A program made the position numbers and the translations under genes. From contig JBGPIA010000010.1 of NCBI GenBank assembly GCA_041484665.1, positions 104,421 to 168,420 on the forward strand: a DNA stretch of 64,000 nucleotides, written 5' to 3'. The stretch is from Candidatus Krumholzibacteriia bacterium. GTDB taxonomy: Bacteria; Krumholzibacteriota; Krumholzibacteriia; JAJRXK01. This document shows, piece after piece, positions 1-11,100 of this stretch (the first letter of the stretch is position 1; each line of letters opens with the position of its first letter). Under the pieces are notes generated by a model, which ran no database searches, was not told the origin of the DNA, and worked only from the letters and a program-made list of their open reading frames with translations.

Positions 1-533
1 TCAACAAGAAGGACCTGCACGACTTCGGGGCGACGATCCGGTGGTTCGTGGGCGCCGGGTCGCGGCCACGCTACGGACGATGGACGTACTGGGAGAAGTT
101 CGACTACTTCGCGGTCTTCTGGGGGATCTTCGTGATCGGCTCCACGGGCTTTGCGCTGTGGTTCCCCGTCTTCTTTACGCGGTTCCTGCCTGGATGGTCC
201 ATCAACGTGGCCACCATCATCCACAGCGACGAGGCGTTGCTCGCCACCGGGTTCATCTTCACGGTGCACTTCTTCAACACCCACCTGCGGCCCGAGAAGT
301 TCCCCATGGACACCGTGATCTTCACGGGGCGGATGAATCTGGAGGAGTTCAAGCGGGACAAGCCGGCGGAGTACGAGCAGCTCGTCGCCAGCGGCCAGCT
401 CGAGCGCCACCTCGTGGATCCGTACCCACCGGTGGTCATCCGCGCCATCCGCGCGTTCGCCTGGACCGCCCTCTCCCTCGGGTTTGCCATGGTGGTCTGG
501 ATCATCTACGCGATGCTGTTCGTCTATCGGTGA
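1..533 (-). other. Placeholder note: no minus-strand gene supported here (see + strand CDS)
   Basis: Minus-strand ORF 104..505 is a shadow of the + strand cytochrome b gene. Confidence 0.05.
3..533 (+). CDS. C-terminal cytochrome b-type membrane domain (FdnI/Ni-hydrogenase cyt b-like, often fused to multiheme cytochrome c); 5' truncated by the window edge
   Basis: Frame open from position 3. Motifs YGRWTYWEKFDYFAVFWG, IIHSDEALLA and VHFFNTHLRP; hydrophobic helices with His heme ligands. Confidence 0.8.
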   Translation, partial: NKKDLHDFGATIRWFVGAGSRPRYGRWTYWEKFDYFAVFWGIFVIGSTGFALWFPVFFTRFLPGWSINVATIIHSDEALLATGFIFTVHFFNTHLRPEKFPMDTVIFTGRMNLEEFKRDKPAEYEQLVASGQLERHLVDPYPPVVIRAIRAFAWTALSLGFAMVVWIIYAMLFVYR

Positions 534-800
534 AGCCCGTGCGCCGGGGGCCAACCCGCGGACCCCCGGCCAGCCGGCCGCCACGTTCCCGCTCAAGAAC
601 CCCGGCGTCACCGGCGGGCCGCGCTTGGTTGCCTGCTGCGGTTGCGCTAGTGTCGGTCCAGAGGCGCACGCACCCACGGCGCTCCCCAAACCGGTCGCCT
701 GCGAACCGGGCGGCCACCGGCTGCTGCGCGTCGAGTCCCTGGCCGACGATGACGGCGCGGCATTCCGCTGACTTCCCAATCCGGATCTTGGAGCTTTGAA

Positions 801-2219
801 ATGACCGCCCTCGAGAGCACCAAGCCATCGCACGCCAGCAGCCCGGCCGAGCCGACGGAGCCTGCCAGGCCCACCTGGCGCTTCCCGCGCGTGTTCTGGT
901 ACGCCAACGCCTCCGAGCTCTGCGAGCGCGCGGCATACTACGGCACCTTCATCGCGCTGCGCACATATCTGCTGCGCGTCGTCCAGCTCGGCGACGTGCA
1001 GGCTGGCTTCGTCGCCGGCCTGTTCGGGGCGCTGATCTACTTCTTCCCGTTCCTCACGGGGGCGGCCGCCGACCGGCTGGGCTTCCGGCGGTCCTTGCTG
1101 CTGGCCTTCGCGCTGCTCACCGTGGGCTACGGCTCGCTGGGGATCGTCCACACGCTCGGACCGGTGCTGGCCGGATTGCTCCTGGTAGTGCTCGGCGGCT
1201 CGTTCGTGAAGCCCATCATCACTGCCACGGCCGCGCGGTCGTCGACCCAGGACAATCGCGCGCGGGCCTTCAGTATCTTCTACATGATCGTGAACATCGG
1301 CTCCTTCACCGGCAAGACGATCGTCGCCCCGATCCGCATCCAGCTCGGCGTGGAGAACGTGCCGTTCTTCTCCGCAGGCGCGGCGTTCATCGCACTGCTG
1401 ATCGTGGCGCTGCTGTATCGTCCGCAAGAGTCCACCATAGCGCGCCCGCGCAGTGTGCGCGAGACGCTGGCGGGCATGGCGACGGCGATGAGCAACCTAC
1501 GCTTCCTCGCGCTGATCGTCATCACCGCGGGCTTCTGGGCCATCCAGGGACAGCTCTACGCCTCGATGCCCGATTACGTGATCCGAATGGCGGGCGAAAC
1601 CTACAAGCCCGAGTGGTACGCGAACGTGAACCCGCTGGTCGTCGTGCTCTGCGTGGTGGCCGTGACCCAGCTCGTGCGCAAGTGGCGCCCCGAGGCCGCC
1701 ATCTCGGTCGCGATGGCGCTCATCCCCTTCTCGTCGCTGGCCATGGCGTCGTCGCACCTGTTCCACGGCAACCTGCACCTGCTCGGTCTGTCGGTGCACC
1801 CCATCACGGCCATGATGGTGGTGGGCATCGCCATCCAGGGCTTCGCGGAGTGCTTCCTGAGCCCCAAGTACCTCGAGTACGCCAGCAAGCAGGCGCCCCC
1901 CGGGCGCGAGGGGCTCTACCTCGGCTATGCGCACATGAACACGTTCTTCGCGTGGCTGTTCGGGTTCATCTTCGCCGGCTACCTGCTGCGCGCCTTCTGT
2001 CCCGATCCACGGACACTGCCGTCCGAAATCCAGCAACAGCACGCGCTAGCGCTGGCCGGCCAGGGGCCCATGCCCGCTGCCTACGCCCATGCCCACTATC
2101 TCTGGTATGCATTCTGCGGGGTCGGCGCTGTCTCGCTGGCGCTCATGGTGGTGTTCATGGCGGTGACGGGGCGGATCGATGCGCGATCGGGCGGACAGCG
2201 CGCCGCAGTGCGCTGCTGA
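801..2219 (+). CDS. MFS transporter, POT/PTR-like
   Basis: ELCERAAYYG (ExxER motif), GAAADRLGFRR, AFSIFYMIVNIGS; about 12 TM helices. Confidence 0.85.
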   Translation: MTALESTKPSHASSPAEPTEPARPTWRFPRVFWYANASELCERAAYYGTFIALRTYLLRVVQLGDVQAGFVAGLFGALIYFFPFLTGAAADRLGFRRSLLLAFALLTVGYGSLGIVHTLGPVLAGLLLVVLGGSFVKPIITATAARSSTQDNRARAFSIFYMIVNIGSFTGKTIVAPIRIQLGVENVPFFSAGAAFIALLIVALLYRPQESTIARPRSVRETLAGMATAMSNLRFLALIVITAGFWAIQGQLYASMPDYVIRMAGETYKPEWYANVNPLVVVLCVVAVTQLVRKWRPEAAISVAMALIPFSSLAMASSHLFHGNLHLLGLSVHPITAMMVVGIAIQGFAECFLSPKYLEYASKQAPPGREGLYLGYAHMNTFFAWLFGFIFAGYLLRAFCPDPRTLPSEIQQQHALALAGQGPMPAAYAHAHYLWYAFCGVGAVSLALMVVFMAVTGRIDARSGGQRAAVRC

Positions 2220-2299
2220 AGACCACGCCGCGCCTGGCTTTCGCTTGCGGCACCATGTCTTCTTGACGCCGCGCCCCGGCTGCGGTCACCATCGCCGCC

Positions 2300-3191
2300 A
2301 TGCAGAGCCGCAGACGCACTCCCGTCGCCGTCGTGGGCGCCGGACGCATGGGCCGCCCCCACGCGCGAGCATGCGGCGATCGCCGAGCTGCTGCTGCCGC
2401 GCGGGGTCGCCTGCCTGATCGAGAAGCCGCTCGCCTCCACGGTGGACGAGGCGCGCCGCGTCGCCGCGCTCGCCCGTGCGCACGGGATCATCGTCGCCGT
2501 CGGACACACCGAGCGCTTCAACCCAGCCGTGCGTGCCGTGGCGGAGATGCGCCTGACCCCCCGTTACATCGAGGTGGACCGGGTCAGCCCCATGACCTTC
2601 CGCTCGCTCGACGTGGGCGTCGTGTTCGATCTCATGATCCACGACCTGGACATCGTGCTCATGATGACGCGCGCTGCGCTGCGGGACGTGTACGCGGTGG
2701 GAGTCCGCGTGCTGGGCGAGCAGGAAGATCTCGCGAGCGCTTGGCTCACCTTTGCGGACGGCTGCTTGGCGAATCTGACGGCATCGCGCCTGGCGCTCAA
2801 GACCGAACGCAAGCTGCGCGTGTTCACCGAGAGCGCGTACCTTTCGCTGGACTACGCCAAACGCCAGGGCGTGGTCCTATCGCTCACCGAGAACCGCGAA
2901 GCGCTGGAGCGCCTTCGCGCCCTGCTGGCGGAAGGTGCCGACCTCTCGGCGCTGGACTCCACGCAGATCGCGCGCGTTCGGCAGCTGGAGCTGCCCACGG
3001 AGGATCCGCTGACCTTGTAGCTGCGGGAGTTCCTGGGCGCCGTGCGCGGTGAGCGGGCGCCGCTGGTGGGCGCCGACGCCGGCTGTGCCGCCGTCGCTGC
3101 GGCGCAGCGGGTGGTGGACGCCATCCGCGCCCATCGCTGGCAGGGCGTCGACGGGCACCAGATGGGTGGGAGCGCGCGGGCGGGCAGCTAG
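2300..3191 (+). pseudogene. Gfo/Idh/MocA oxidoreductase pseudogene
   Basis: N-terminus VAVVGAGRMG (frame from 2300) is joined out of frame at ~2355 to APTREH...LIEKP...GHTERFNP...DLMIHDLD. In-frame TAG at 3018-3020, then family-like sequence (LREFLGAVRG) continues to TAG 3189-3191. Confidence 0.8.
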
Positions 3192-3238
3192 CACGCCGCT
3201 GGTGGCAAGCGCTTCGACCAAAACCCGAGGAGGTCGCC

Positions 3239-4243
3239 GTGGGAGTCCTGCTCGCCGACCAGGCGCTGGTGCGCTCGCTCTTGCCCATGGGCGAGTGCAT
3301 GCCCATCATGGCCGAGGCGCTGCGCGCGCTGGCGCGGGGCGACGCCGTGCTGCCGCTGCGGCCCGTCATGCCGCTGCCCGACCAGCGGGGCGTGCTGGCG
3401 ATGATGCCCGCCTGGCTGGGGAATCCGAGGGTCTTCGGTCTGAAGATCATCAGCTTCTTCCCCGGCAACCTGGGAACGCCGTACGACTGCCACCAGGGGG
3501 CGGTGCTCCTCTTTGACCCGCAGGACGGCCAGCTGCTGGCGATTCTGGACGCGACCTCGATCACATCCATCCGCACGGCCGCCGTGAGCGGAGTCGCGAC
3601 CCAGCTGCTGGCACGCGAGAACGCGCGCTCGCTCGCGATCCTGGGCTCGGGCGTGCAGGCGCAGTCGCACCTGGACGCCATGCTGCTCGCGCGGCGTTTC
3701 GACCACGTCCGCGTGTGGAGCCGCAACCGCGATCACGCGGTCGCCTTCGCGCAGCAGTCGTCACGCCGCCACGGGATCACCCTCGAGGTGGCCGCCAGCG
3801 TGCAGGACGCGGTACGCGCCGCCGACGTGATCTGCACCGTCACGTCGTCGCGCGAGCCCGTGCTGCAGGGGGACTGGATCCCGGGCGGGGCGCATCTCAA
3901 TGTCGTGGGCGCGAGCGTGCGCACCGCGCGCGAGGTGGATGCGGCGGCCGTGGCGCGCGCCCGGCTGTTCGTGGACCGGCGGGAATCGACGCTGGCCGAG
4001 GCCGGCGACTTCCTGATGGCCAAGCAGGAGGGAGCCGTCGGGGACGATCATATCCTGGGCGAGCTCGGCGAGGTGCTCCTGGGGCGCGTGCCGGGCCGGC
4101 GCTCACCGGATGAGGTGACGATGTTCAAATCGCTGGGGCTGGCCGTGGAGGACCTGGCTGCCGCCCACCACGTCTACCGGCACGCGCTCGAGCGTGGCGC
4201 CGGCACGGTCGTGGAGCTGGGTGGCGCCCGCGAGGCGCCGTGA
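3239..4243 (+). CDS. Ornithine cyclodeaminase/mu-crystallin family protein
   Basis: ITSIRTAAVS, ILGSGVQA, FKSLGLAVEDLAAA; AGGAGG RBS before GTG. Confidence 0.9.
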   Translation: MGVLLADQALVRSLLPMGECMPIMAEALRALARGDAVLPLRPVMPLPDQRGVLAMMPAWLGNPRVFGLKIISFFPGNLGTPYDCHQGAVLLFDPQDGQLLAILDATSITSIRTAAVSGVATQLLARENARSLAILGSGVQAQSHLDAMLLARRFDHVRVWSRNRDHAVAFAQQSSRRHGITLEVAASVQDAVRAADVICTVTSSREPVLQGDWIPGGAHLNVVGASVRTAREVDAAAVARARLFVDRRESTLAEAGDFLMAKQEGAVGDDHILGELGEVLLGRVPGRRSPDEVTMFKSLGLAVEDLAAAHHVYRHALERGAGTVVELGGAREAP

Positions 4244-4325
4244 CGCCCTGCGCGAGCAAAGACCCGGCATGCGTGCGCTGCGTGCGAACCATGCGCAGGC
4301 CGCCCAGCTGTCGGAGGAGGTTCAC

Positions 4326-5372
4326 GTGAACGCGCTCGAGAGCATCTCCTTGGACGACATCCGCGCGGCCAGCCGGCGCATCGCAGGGCTTGCGCTGCGC
4401 ACGCCGCTCGTGCGCCTGAACATGGAAGGCACGCCCGCCGAGATCTACCTGAAGCTCGAGAACCTGCAGCCCATCGGCTCATTCAAGCTGCGCGGGGCGG
4501 CCAACGCAATGCTGCGCGCCGGGCGCGAGCAGCTCGCGCTGGGGGTCTGGACGCCCAGCGCCGGCAACATGGCGCAGGGCGTGGGCTGGACGGCGCGGCA
4601 TCTGGGTCTTGCGTGCCGTGTCGTGGTGCCGGAGCACGCGCCGCAGACCAAGCTCGACGCCGTGGCCCGCCTGGGTGCGAGCATCGTGAAGGTGCCGTTC
4701 GACGCGTGGTGGCAGACGATCCTCAGCGGGAAGTACCCCGCCGGTGCGGCCGTGGAGGCGCCCGGCCTGGGGGCGGGATCCACCGCGACGCCGAGCGCGG
4801 CGCGGCCGGCCGGGCCGGGCGTGCCGTACGAAGGCAGACTCGTGCATCCGGTCGCCGACGCGGACGTGATCGCCGGCAACGGCACGATCGGCCTGGAGAT
4901 CGTCGACGACCTCCCGGACGTGGATGCGGTGGTCGTTCCCTACGGCGGCGGCGGGCTGGTGTCGGGGATCGCGACGGCGATCCGCGCCCTGAAACCCGCC
5001 ACGCGCATCTTCGCCTGCGAGGTCGAGACGGCGGCGCCGCTGGCGGCGTCCCTGGGAGTGGGCGCCCCGCGCGAGGTGCCGTATCGTGCCAGCTTCGTGG
5101 ACGGCATCGGCGGCAAGAGCATTCTGCCGCAGATGTGGCCGCTGGTGAGCCGCCTCGTCGACGCATCGCTGGTCGTGACGTTGACCGAGGTGTGCGCCGC
5201 GATCAAGCTGCTCGTCGAGCGCAACCGCGTCGTGGCCGAAGGCGCGGCGGCGACGTCCGTGGCGGCCGCGCTCGCGGGACGGGCCGGCGCCGGCAAGATC
5301 GTTTGCGTGGTCTCGGGGGGAAACATCGACAGCGTCAAGCTGTGCGCCATCCTCGCCGGACAGATCCCCTGA
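4326..5372 (+). CDS. PLP-dependent threonine/serine dehydratase family protein
   Basis: LKLENLQPIGSFKLRGA (PLP Lys), SAGN, PYGGGGL, VSGGN; GGAGGAGG RBS at 4313-4320 before GTG 4326. Confidence 0.9.
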   Translation: MNALESISLDDIRAASRRIAGLALRTPLVRLNMEGTPAEIYLKLENLQPIGSFKLRGAANAMLRAGREQLALGVWTPSAGNMAQGVGWTARHLGLACRVVVPEHAPQTKLDAVARLGASIVKVPFDAWWQTILSGKYPAGAAVEAPGLGAGSTATPSAARPAGPGVPYEGRLVHPVADADVIAGNGTIGLEIVDDLPDVDAVVVPYGGGGLVSGIATAIRALKPATRIFACEVETAAPLAASLGVGAPREVPYRASFVDGIGGKSILPQMWPLVSRLVDASLVVTLTEVCAAIKLLVERNRVVAEGAAATSVAAALAGRAGAGKIVCVVSGGNIDSVKLCAILAGQIP

Positions 5373-5468
5373 GGACACCGCCCCCCCGGTGCACGTGAGG
5401 CTCGCCGGCGACCCGCAGGCCGCGGCTGCGCGCCCGCAGCCGGTTGGCGACAGACCGCGGGGCAACCA

Positions 5469-8126
5469 TCAGCGCACCGTCTTTGCCCGGTCCCAGCCGA
5501 GCACCACGTGCAGCGGCGCTGTCTCAACCTCCACAGTCGGGATAAGGACGAGCAGACGCTGTCCATCGGTCGAGAGCCCCACGATCACGCCGCTGGCGAG
5601 CTGGAACAGCTCGTGGGGCGCGTCCCGCAGCAGACCGTTGGCGGCGTGAATCTGCGCCGACATCACGCTGCCACCCGGTGCTTGGTAGAGGATCTCGCGG
5701 CCGCCGGCGCTCCAGAACGGCTCGAAACCGCCTGTGGTCGAGACCTGCCAACGATGCTTCCCCTCCGGGAAGTCCTGGACGTAGATGTCGCGGCGCCCTG
5801 CCCCCGATGACGCGTAGGCCAGCCACTTCCCGTCCGGTGAGAACCGCGGCGTTTCGTCGTCGGCTGCAGTCGTGATGAGCGGACGGGCCTCGGTCGGACG
5901 ATCCATCGGCAGGATCCAGATGTCGTCGCCCGTCTTCTCGCTCGTCAGGTTGACCAGCAGCCAGTGCCCGTCCGGGGACCACTCCACGGGCCAGGTCTCC
6001 ATGGGGGACTGCCAGAGCAGGCTGTCCCCCTGCGTGCCAGAGGCAGCGGTCAAGAACACGCAGCCGTTCGCCGTGCGATACGACTGGAAGGCGATGCGGC
6101 TGCCGTCGGGTGACCACACCGGGCTGAATTCGCTGGTCGGATCGGAGGTGAGCCGCGTCGAGGTCCCCCGCTGGAGATCCAGCAGCCAGATGTCGTCGTC
6201 GCGGCCGTCCGCGTCCCGGTGTCCGGTGACCACGAAGTGGCCGTCGGGCGAGAGTCTGGGACCGTCGAAGACGTCCGGACGGCCTACATCCTCGAGCCGC
6301 CGCCCCTGCCGGTCGAACCAGGCGAGTTGAAGAGACGGGTCGGCGGCCCGGTACGTGAGCACGCCGTCGGTTGACGCGCTGAACTCGAACAAGTGATTGG
6401 GCCCCGCAGACGCGATCTGCTTGGCCAGCGCCACGGGCTCCGCGGAGAGCTTGCCCGTGCGCGGATCGAGACGCTGTGCGACCAGCGAGCCGCTGCGCAC
6501 GTACAGCAGCCAGTCTGGCGCCACGAACACGGGATTCGTGACGGCCTGCATCAGGTCCTGCGTGGGACCGCCATCGATGGACGCCAGGCGCAGCCAGTCG
6601 TCTTCGGTTCGCCGCGCGTCGCCGAGGAAAATGACATGGCGTCCGTCCGGGAGAAACGAAGGCCAACGGTGCCCCTCCTCCCTTGGCAAGAGCGACGTCA
6701 AGGGCTTCGGCGCTCCGCCACCCTCGGGGATGACCGAGAGGCCGCTGCCTCCGTCTGGCTCGAACACGATCACGCCGGATGAGCCCCACGCTCCTCCGAG
6801 GGGGCTGGGCGCAGCGCACAACGACTGCACGGCGCCGCCCGCGGCGGAAACCCTCTTGAGCCGGCCGCCGGCGAAGAACCCGATGTGGCGGCTGTCCGGC
6901 GACCAGAACGGCATGGTGCCGCCGTCGGTGCCCTCGAGCAGGCGCAGATCGTCGGAGTCGATCGGGCGCACCCACAGTCGCGACAAGCTCTTCTGCTCGT
7001 CTGCGACCATGACGAGCAGCCGCCCGTCGGGTGAGACCTGCACCTGCCCGAACTTTGCGAACGGCGAGTTCGCAGGCCGCACGAATTCGAGGTGCGCGGT
7101 GAGCGCCGGCGCGGCTGCGCGCTCGCGCCAGAGCGCAAGCGTCACCACCACGAGCAGGAGCGTGGCCACTGCCGCGATGCCCTGGGCCAGTCTCGCCTTC
7201 GGCCGCCGTGCACCGGAGAGAGCCGCCGCTCCCGTGCTCGACAGTCGGCCCTCCGCAATCCCGCGCAGCTCGTGGGCGAGGTCGCGGGCGGTTTGCCAGC
7301 GCTCGTCTGGATCCTTGGCGAGACAGCGCCTCACCGTGTGGTCGAACGCCGGCGGCGCGATCGGCGACCACTGCGAGACCGGCGCGGGCTCGTCCTTCAG
7401 GATCGCCCCGATCAGGCTGGCCTGGCTCTGGCCTTCGAACGCGCGTCGTGCCGTCGCCATCTCGTACAGCACGCACCCCAGCGCCCACAGGTCACAGCGC
7501 GCGTCCGCGTCCTTGCCCTCGAGCTGCTCCGGCGCCATGTATTGGAACGTCCCGACAATGGTCCCCTCGGCCGTCAGCGGCTGCGCCATCGTCGGCGACC
7601 GGGTGAGCGCGGCCAGCGTGACGTCGCTCTGACCCGCCGGCCCGCCCAGTCCCGTCAGGCGCGCTAGCCCGAAGTCCATGAGTTTGGCGCCCAACTTCGT
7701 CAGCATCACGTTGCCCGGCTTGAGGTCGCGATGCACCACCCCCGCCCGGTGGGCGCGGTCGAGGGCGTCGGCGATCTCCACGCCGAGCTTCAGCGCCTGC
7801 GGGAGCGGCAGGGCGCCCCGCTCGAGCCGCTGCGCGAGCGTCTCGCCCTCTACCAGCTCCATCACCAGATAGTCCGTGTCGCCCTCGCGGCCGACGTCGT
7901 GCAGCGTGCAGATGTGCGGGTGGTTGAGCTGCGAGATGGTTTTCGCCTCGCGCTCGAAGCGCGCACGCACCTCGGGGCTGGCGGACAGGTGCTGCGGCAG
8001 CACCTTGACCGCGACGTCGCGCGAGAGCCGCGTGTCGCGAGCGCGGTACACCTCGCCCATGCCGCCGGCGCCCAAAGGCGCGACGATCTCGTAGGGGCCC
8101 AGACGGGTGCCGGGCGTGAGGGTCAC
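5469..8126 (-). CDS. Hanks-type Ser/Thr protein kinase with a hydrophobic segment and TolB/PD40 beta-propeller repeats
   Basis: LGAGGMGEVY, VAVK, HRDLKPGN, DFGLA, YMAPE; multiple (W/F)SPDG repeats; start set at GTG of VTLTPGTRLGPY. Confidence 0.92.
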   Translation of the reverse strand: MTLTPGTRLGPYEIVAPLGAGGMGEVYRARDTRLSRDVAVKVLPQHLSASPEVRARFEREAKTISQLNHPHICTLHDVGREGDTDYLVMELVEGETLAQRLERGALPLPQALKLGVEIADALDRAHRAGVVHRDLKPGNVMLTKLGAKLMDFGLARLTGLGGPAGQSDVTLAALTRSPTMAQPLTAEGTIVGTFQYMAPEQLEGKDADARCDLWALGCVLYEMATARRAFEGQSQASLIGAILKDEPAPVSQWSPIAPPAFDHTVRRCLAKDPDERWQTARDLAHELRGIAEGRLSSTGAAALSGARRPKARLAQGIAAVATLLLVVVTLALWRERAAAPALTAHLEFVRPANSPFAKFGQVQVSPDGRLLVMVADEQKSLSRLWVRPIDSDDLRLLEGTDGGTMPFWSPDSRHIGFFAGGRLKRVSAAGGAVQSLCAAPSPLGGAWGSSGVIVFEPDGGSGLSVIPEGGGAPKPLTSLLPREEGHRWPSFLPDGRHVIFLGDARRTEDDWLRLASIDGGPTQDLMQAVTNPVFVAPDWLLYVRSGSLVAQRLDPRTGKLSAEPVALAKQIASAGPNHLFEFSASTDGVLTYRAADPSLQLAWFDRQGRRLEDVGRPDVFDGPRLSPDGHFVVTGHRDADGRDDDIWLLDLQRGTSTRLTSDPTSEFSPVWSPDGSRIAFQSYRTANGCVFLTAASGTQGDSLLWQSPMETWPVEWSPDGHWLLVNLTSEKTGDDIWILPMDRPTEARPLITTAADDETPRFSPDGKWLAYASSGAGRRDIYVQDFPEGKHRWQVSTTGGFEPFWSAGGREILYQAPGGSVMSAQIHAANGLLRDAPHELFQLASGVIVGLSTDGQRLLVLIPTVEVETAPLHVVLGWDRAKTVR

Positions 8127-8190
8127 CGGATCGGCTCCAGCGTGGTGGCGCGCTTCGCCGTGTACGGCGCCGGCAGGCCCACGCGCCCGT

Positions 8191-11100
8191 TCACGCGTCT
8201 CCCCCGCCCTCGGCCGAAGCGTCGGCGTCCGCACCCACCCCCACGCGCAGCACCACCAGCCGCTGCGCGTCCTGCAGCTGCGCGCGCGCCCACTTGTAGC
8301 GTGCCTCCTGGCAGGCCATCAGCACGACCTGTTGGCGCGGCGCGATGGCGTCAAGCAGCAACCGCAGCCCCGCCACCAGCCGCACGTCGTCGGCGTTCGA
8401 GAAGGGGTCGTCCAGCAAAAGTGGCAGGGACCCCAGCCCGCCGCTGAGCAGCCGCGACACGCCCAAGCGCGCCGCGAGGTACACGCCGTCCAGCGCTCCG
8501 GCGCTGAGCTGCTGCGCCGCCTGCGACCCGGTCATCACCTGCTGCCCCTGTCTCAGCTGGATCCCCAGGTGCTCGTCGAAGCGCAGCTCGCGCACCTCGC
8601 TGCCCAGGCCAGCCAGCATCTCCTGCGTGGTGCGGTTGAGCGCCGAGGCCCAGTCGCGGTGGGTCTCCTTGGCGATGCGCGCCAGTGTGTCGCGGGCCAG
8701 TACGACGGCCTCGCGGAACTGCTCCGCGCGCTGCAGCGCGGCCTCGTGCTGCGCGATCGACTCCATCAGGCGCGGCGCTTCGGCCTCGTACTTGGCCAGA
8801 AACGCCCGCGCCTCGGCGCGGTCGGTCTCCCCGGCCTGCTGCTCGGCGCGCTCGCTGGCCGCCAGCGCCTCGAGGTCGGCGTCGATCTGCTCGATCGGGC
8901 GCGGTGGGCGTGGCGCGCGTGGGAGGCGCGAGGCCGCGTCGGCGCCACTCGCACCGGCGAATGCGGCGCGAGCGACGCCGCCGGCGGCACCGGACGGGCC
9001 AGCGCCGCTGCCGCCCTCGAGCCGGCTTGCGGTCGCGCCGCCACCCCCGGCCAGCAGCGCCCTCAGTCCAAGCGTCTCCGCCTCCATCCGCGAGAGGTCC
9101 GCGTCGATCTCGCGCACGCGCTGCTCCAGGCGGCCGCGCTCGGCCGGGGCGAGCACCGACGCCCGCTGCTCGGGCAGCGTGACATCGCGGAGCTGCTCCA
9201 GGCGCTGCGCGAGCACCACGCGCTCCTTCAGGCGGCGCACGCCCCCCTCGAGCGGTTCTGCGTCGGCCAGGCGCACGCCGCAGGTCGCCAGCGCCTCGCG
9301 CGCCTCACGCTGGCGCTCGGCCAGCCGGCGCTTGCTCTCGTCCGCACGCCAGCGCGCAGTGTCGGCGGCCGTCCCGGCGCGATCGGCCTCTGCCCAGACC
9401 TCGGTCGCTTGCTTCACCAGCTCGACGCGCTCGGCCAGCAGATCGGCCGCCGGCTCGTCCTCGAACAGCGTCCACGCCCGCGCGCAACTCTGGAGCGCCT
9501 CGTGCTCCATGGCCGCCAGCTCGTCCAGGCGCGCCTGCAACCCCTCGATGTGGTGAAGCGCCGGTTCCACCACGGCGCGCAGGCGGCGGTAGTGGTCCTC
9601 CAGCTCGGGCTGCAGGCAACCGAGGCGCCCGGCCAGGTCGGCCCAGGCCTGCGCGCGCTGCTGAGTGTCGCCCAGCAGGCGCTCGAGGATCTCGCCCAGG
9701 CGCTCCAGTTGGACGCGAGCCTGCGCATCCTCGCGCTTGCGGTAGCGCGTACCGCTAGCGTAGACGCCCATGCCCACGAGGATCACCAGCACACCCGGCG
9801 CGTGCAGCAGGAGCGGCGAGAACGGCAGGATGACGTGCATGGAGAGCCCGACCAGCACCGGAAGCATCCCCACCAGCATCAGCCAGATGCCGAAGTGCTT
9901 GCGGGACTGCTGGCCGCGGCGGATCTCGGCGCGCGCGTAGCGCAGGCGGTCGATCTCCTCCTCACGCTCCTCCTGCTGCTGGCGCAGCTGCAGCTCGTCG
10001 CGGGTGCGGCTGGCCAGCGCAAGCCGGTCGTCGTCCGAGAGGTCGGCGAAGCTGGCGGCCAGACTGCGCGCCTGCTCGAGCGTGAAGCCCTGGACCTGCA
10101 GATCGGAGACGGCGCTCTGCAGCAGGCCCTCGAAGCGTTGGCGCTCGCGCTGCGCGTCGAAGCTGCGCACCCGGGCCGACTGCAGCGCGTCCCGATCGCC
10201 CTCGGTCGGACGGCGGCGCAGGTGGAGGCCGTCGCGGCGGGTGGACGCTTCGTTGCGCCGCTGGGCGGCGTCGTCGGCCTCCGCGTCGTTCTCGCGGGCG
10301 GCGCGCAGAGCGCCCTGGACGTTGGTCCAGGCGGCCTCGGCGACGTTGATCGACGTCTCGCCGAGCGCCAGCAACTCGGCACCGTCACCCAGTTGCGCCT
10401 CCAGCGCCGCGACCTTCTGGCGGCGCTGGTCGTCCTGCGCCAGGCGGTCGTCGGCGCGCATCCGCTCGGCGCGGGATTTTTCGTGGCGCAGCGCCGCGCG
10501 CTGCAGCTCGCGCGAGGCCGCCTCGTCCTTGCGGCGGGCGAGCCCGTCGATCTTCGCGGCCATGCGTGCGCGCTGCTGCGTCAGCGCCGCGAACTGCGTG
10601 CGCGTCTCTTCCAGGACCTTCAGGCAGCGCTCGATCTCGGTGTCGACGCGGCCGCGGCCACGCAGAGTCAGACCTTCGTAGCCGGCGAGGGCGGCCTCCA
10701 GCGCGGCGATCGCAGCCGCCGCCGTGGTGTCGCCCGCGCGTGTGTCGGCGATTCGCTGCAATGCCTCGGTCAGCCCCTCGGTGCCGCTCCAGACCACCTC
10801 GCCCTGCGCCACGAAGGCGCTGCGCTCGAACTGCTCGCGGGAGAGCCCCAGCAGCCCCTCGCCCACGGCGACGCGCAGCCCCTGGCGGAAGCGGTCGGTG
10901 ATGTCGCTGCCGCCCGACAGCACCCGCACGGTCTCGCGCTCGAGGTCGCGGTCGATGGCGAGCTCCTCGCCGTCCTTCTCCAAGTAGAGCGTGAGGCCGT
11001 AGGGCCCGCCCTCCCAGGGGCGGTAGACGTCGCGCTCGACCATGCGGTCGCGCGCCTTGCGCCGGTCGGACTCCATTCCGTAGAGCGACGCCAGGATCGC

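Noticed and set aside
3018..3020. Amber recoding (Pyl or alternative code)
   Set aside because: The gene has a second lesion, and TAG ends many intact genes in this window
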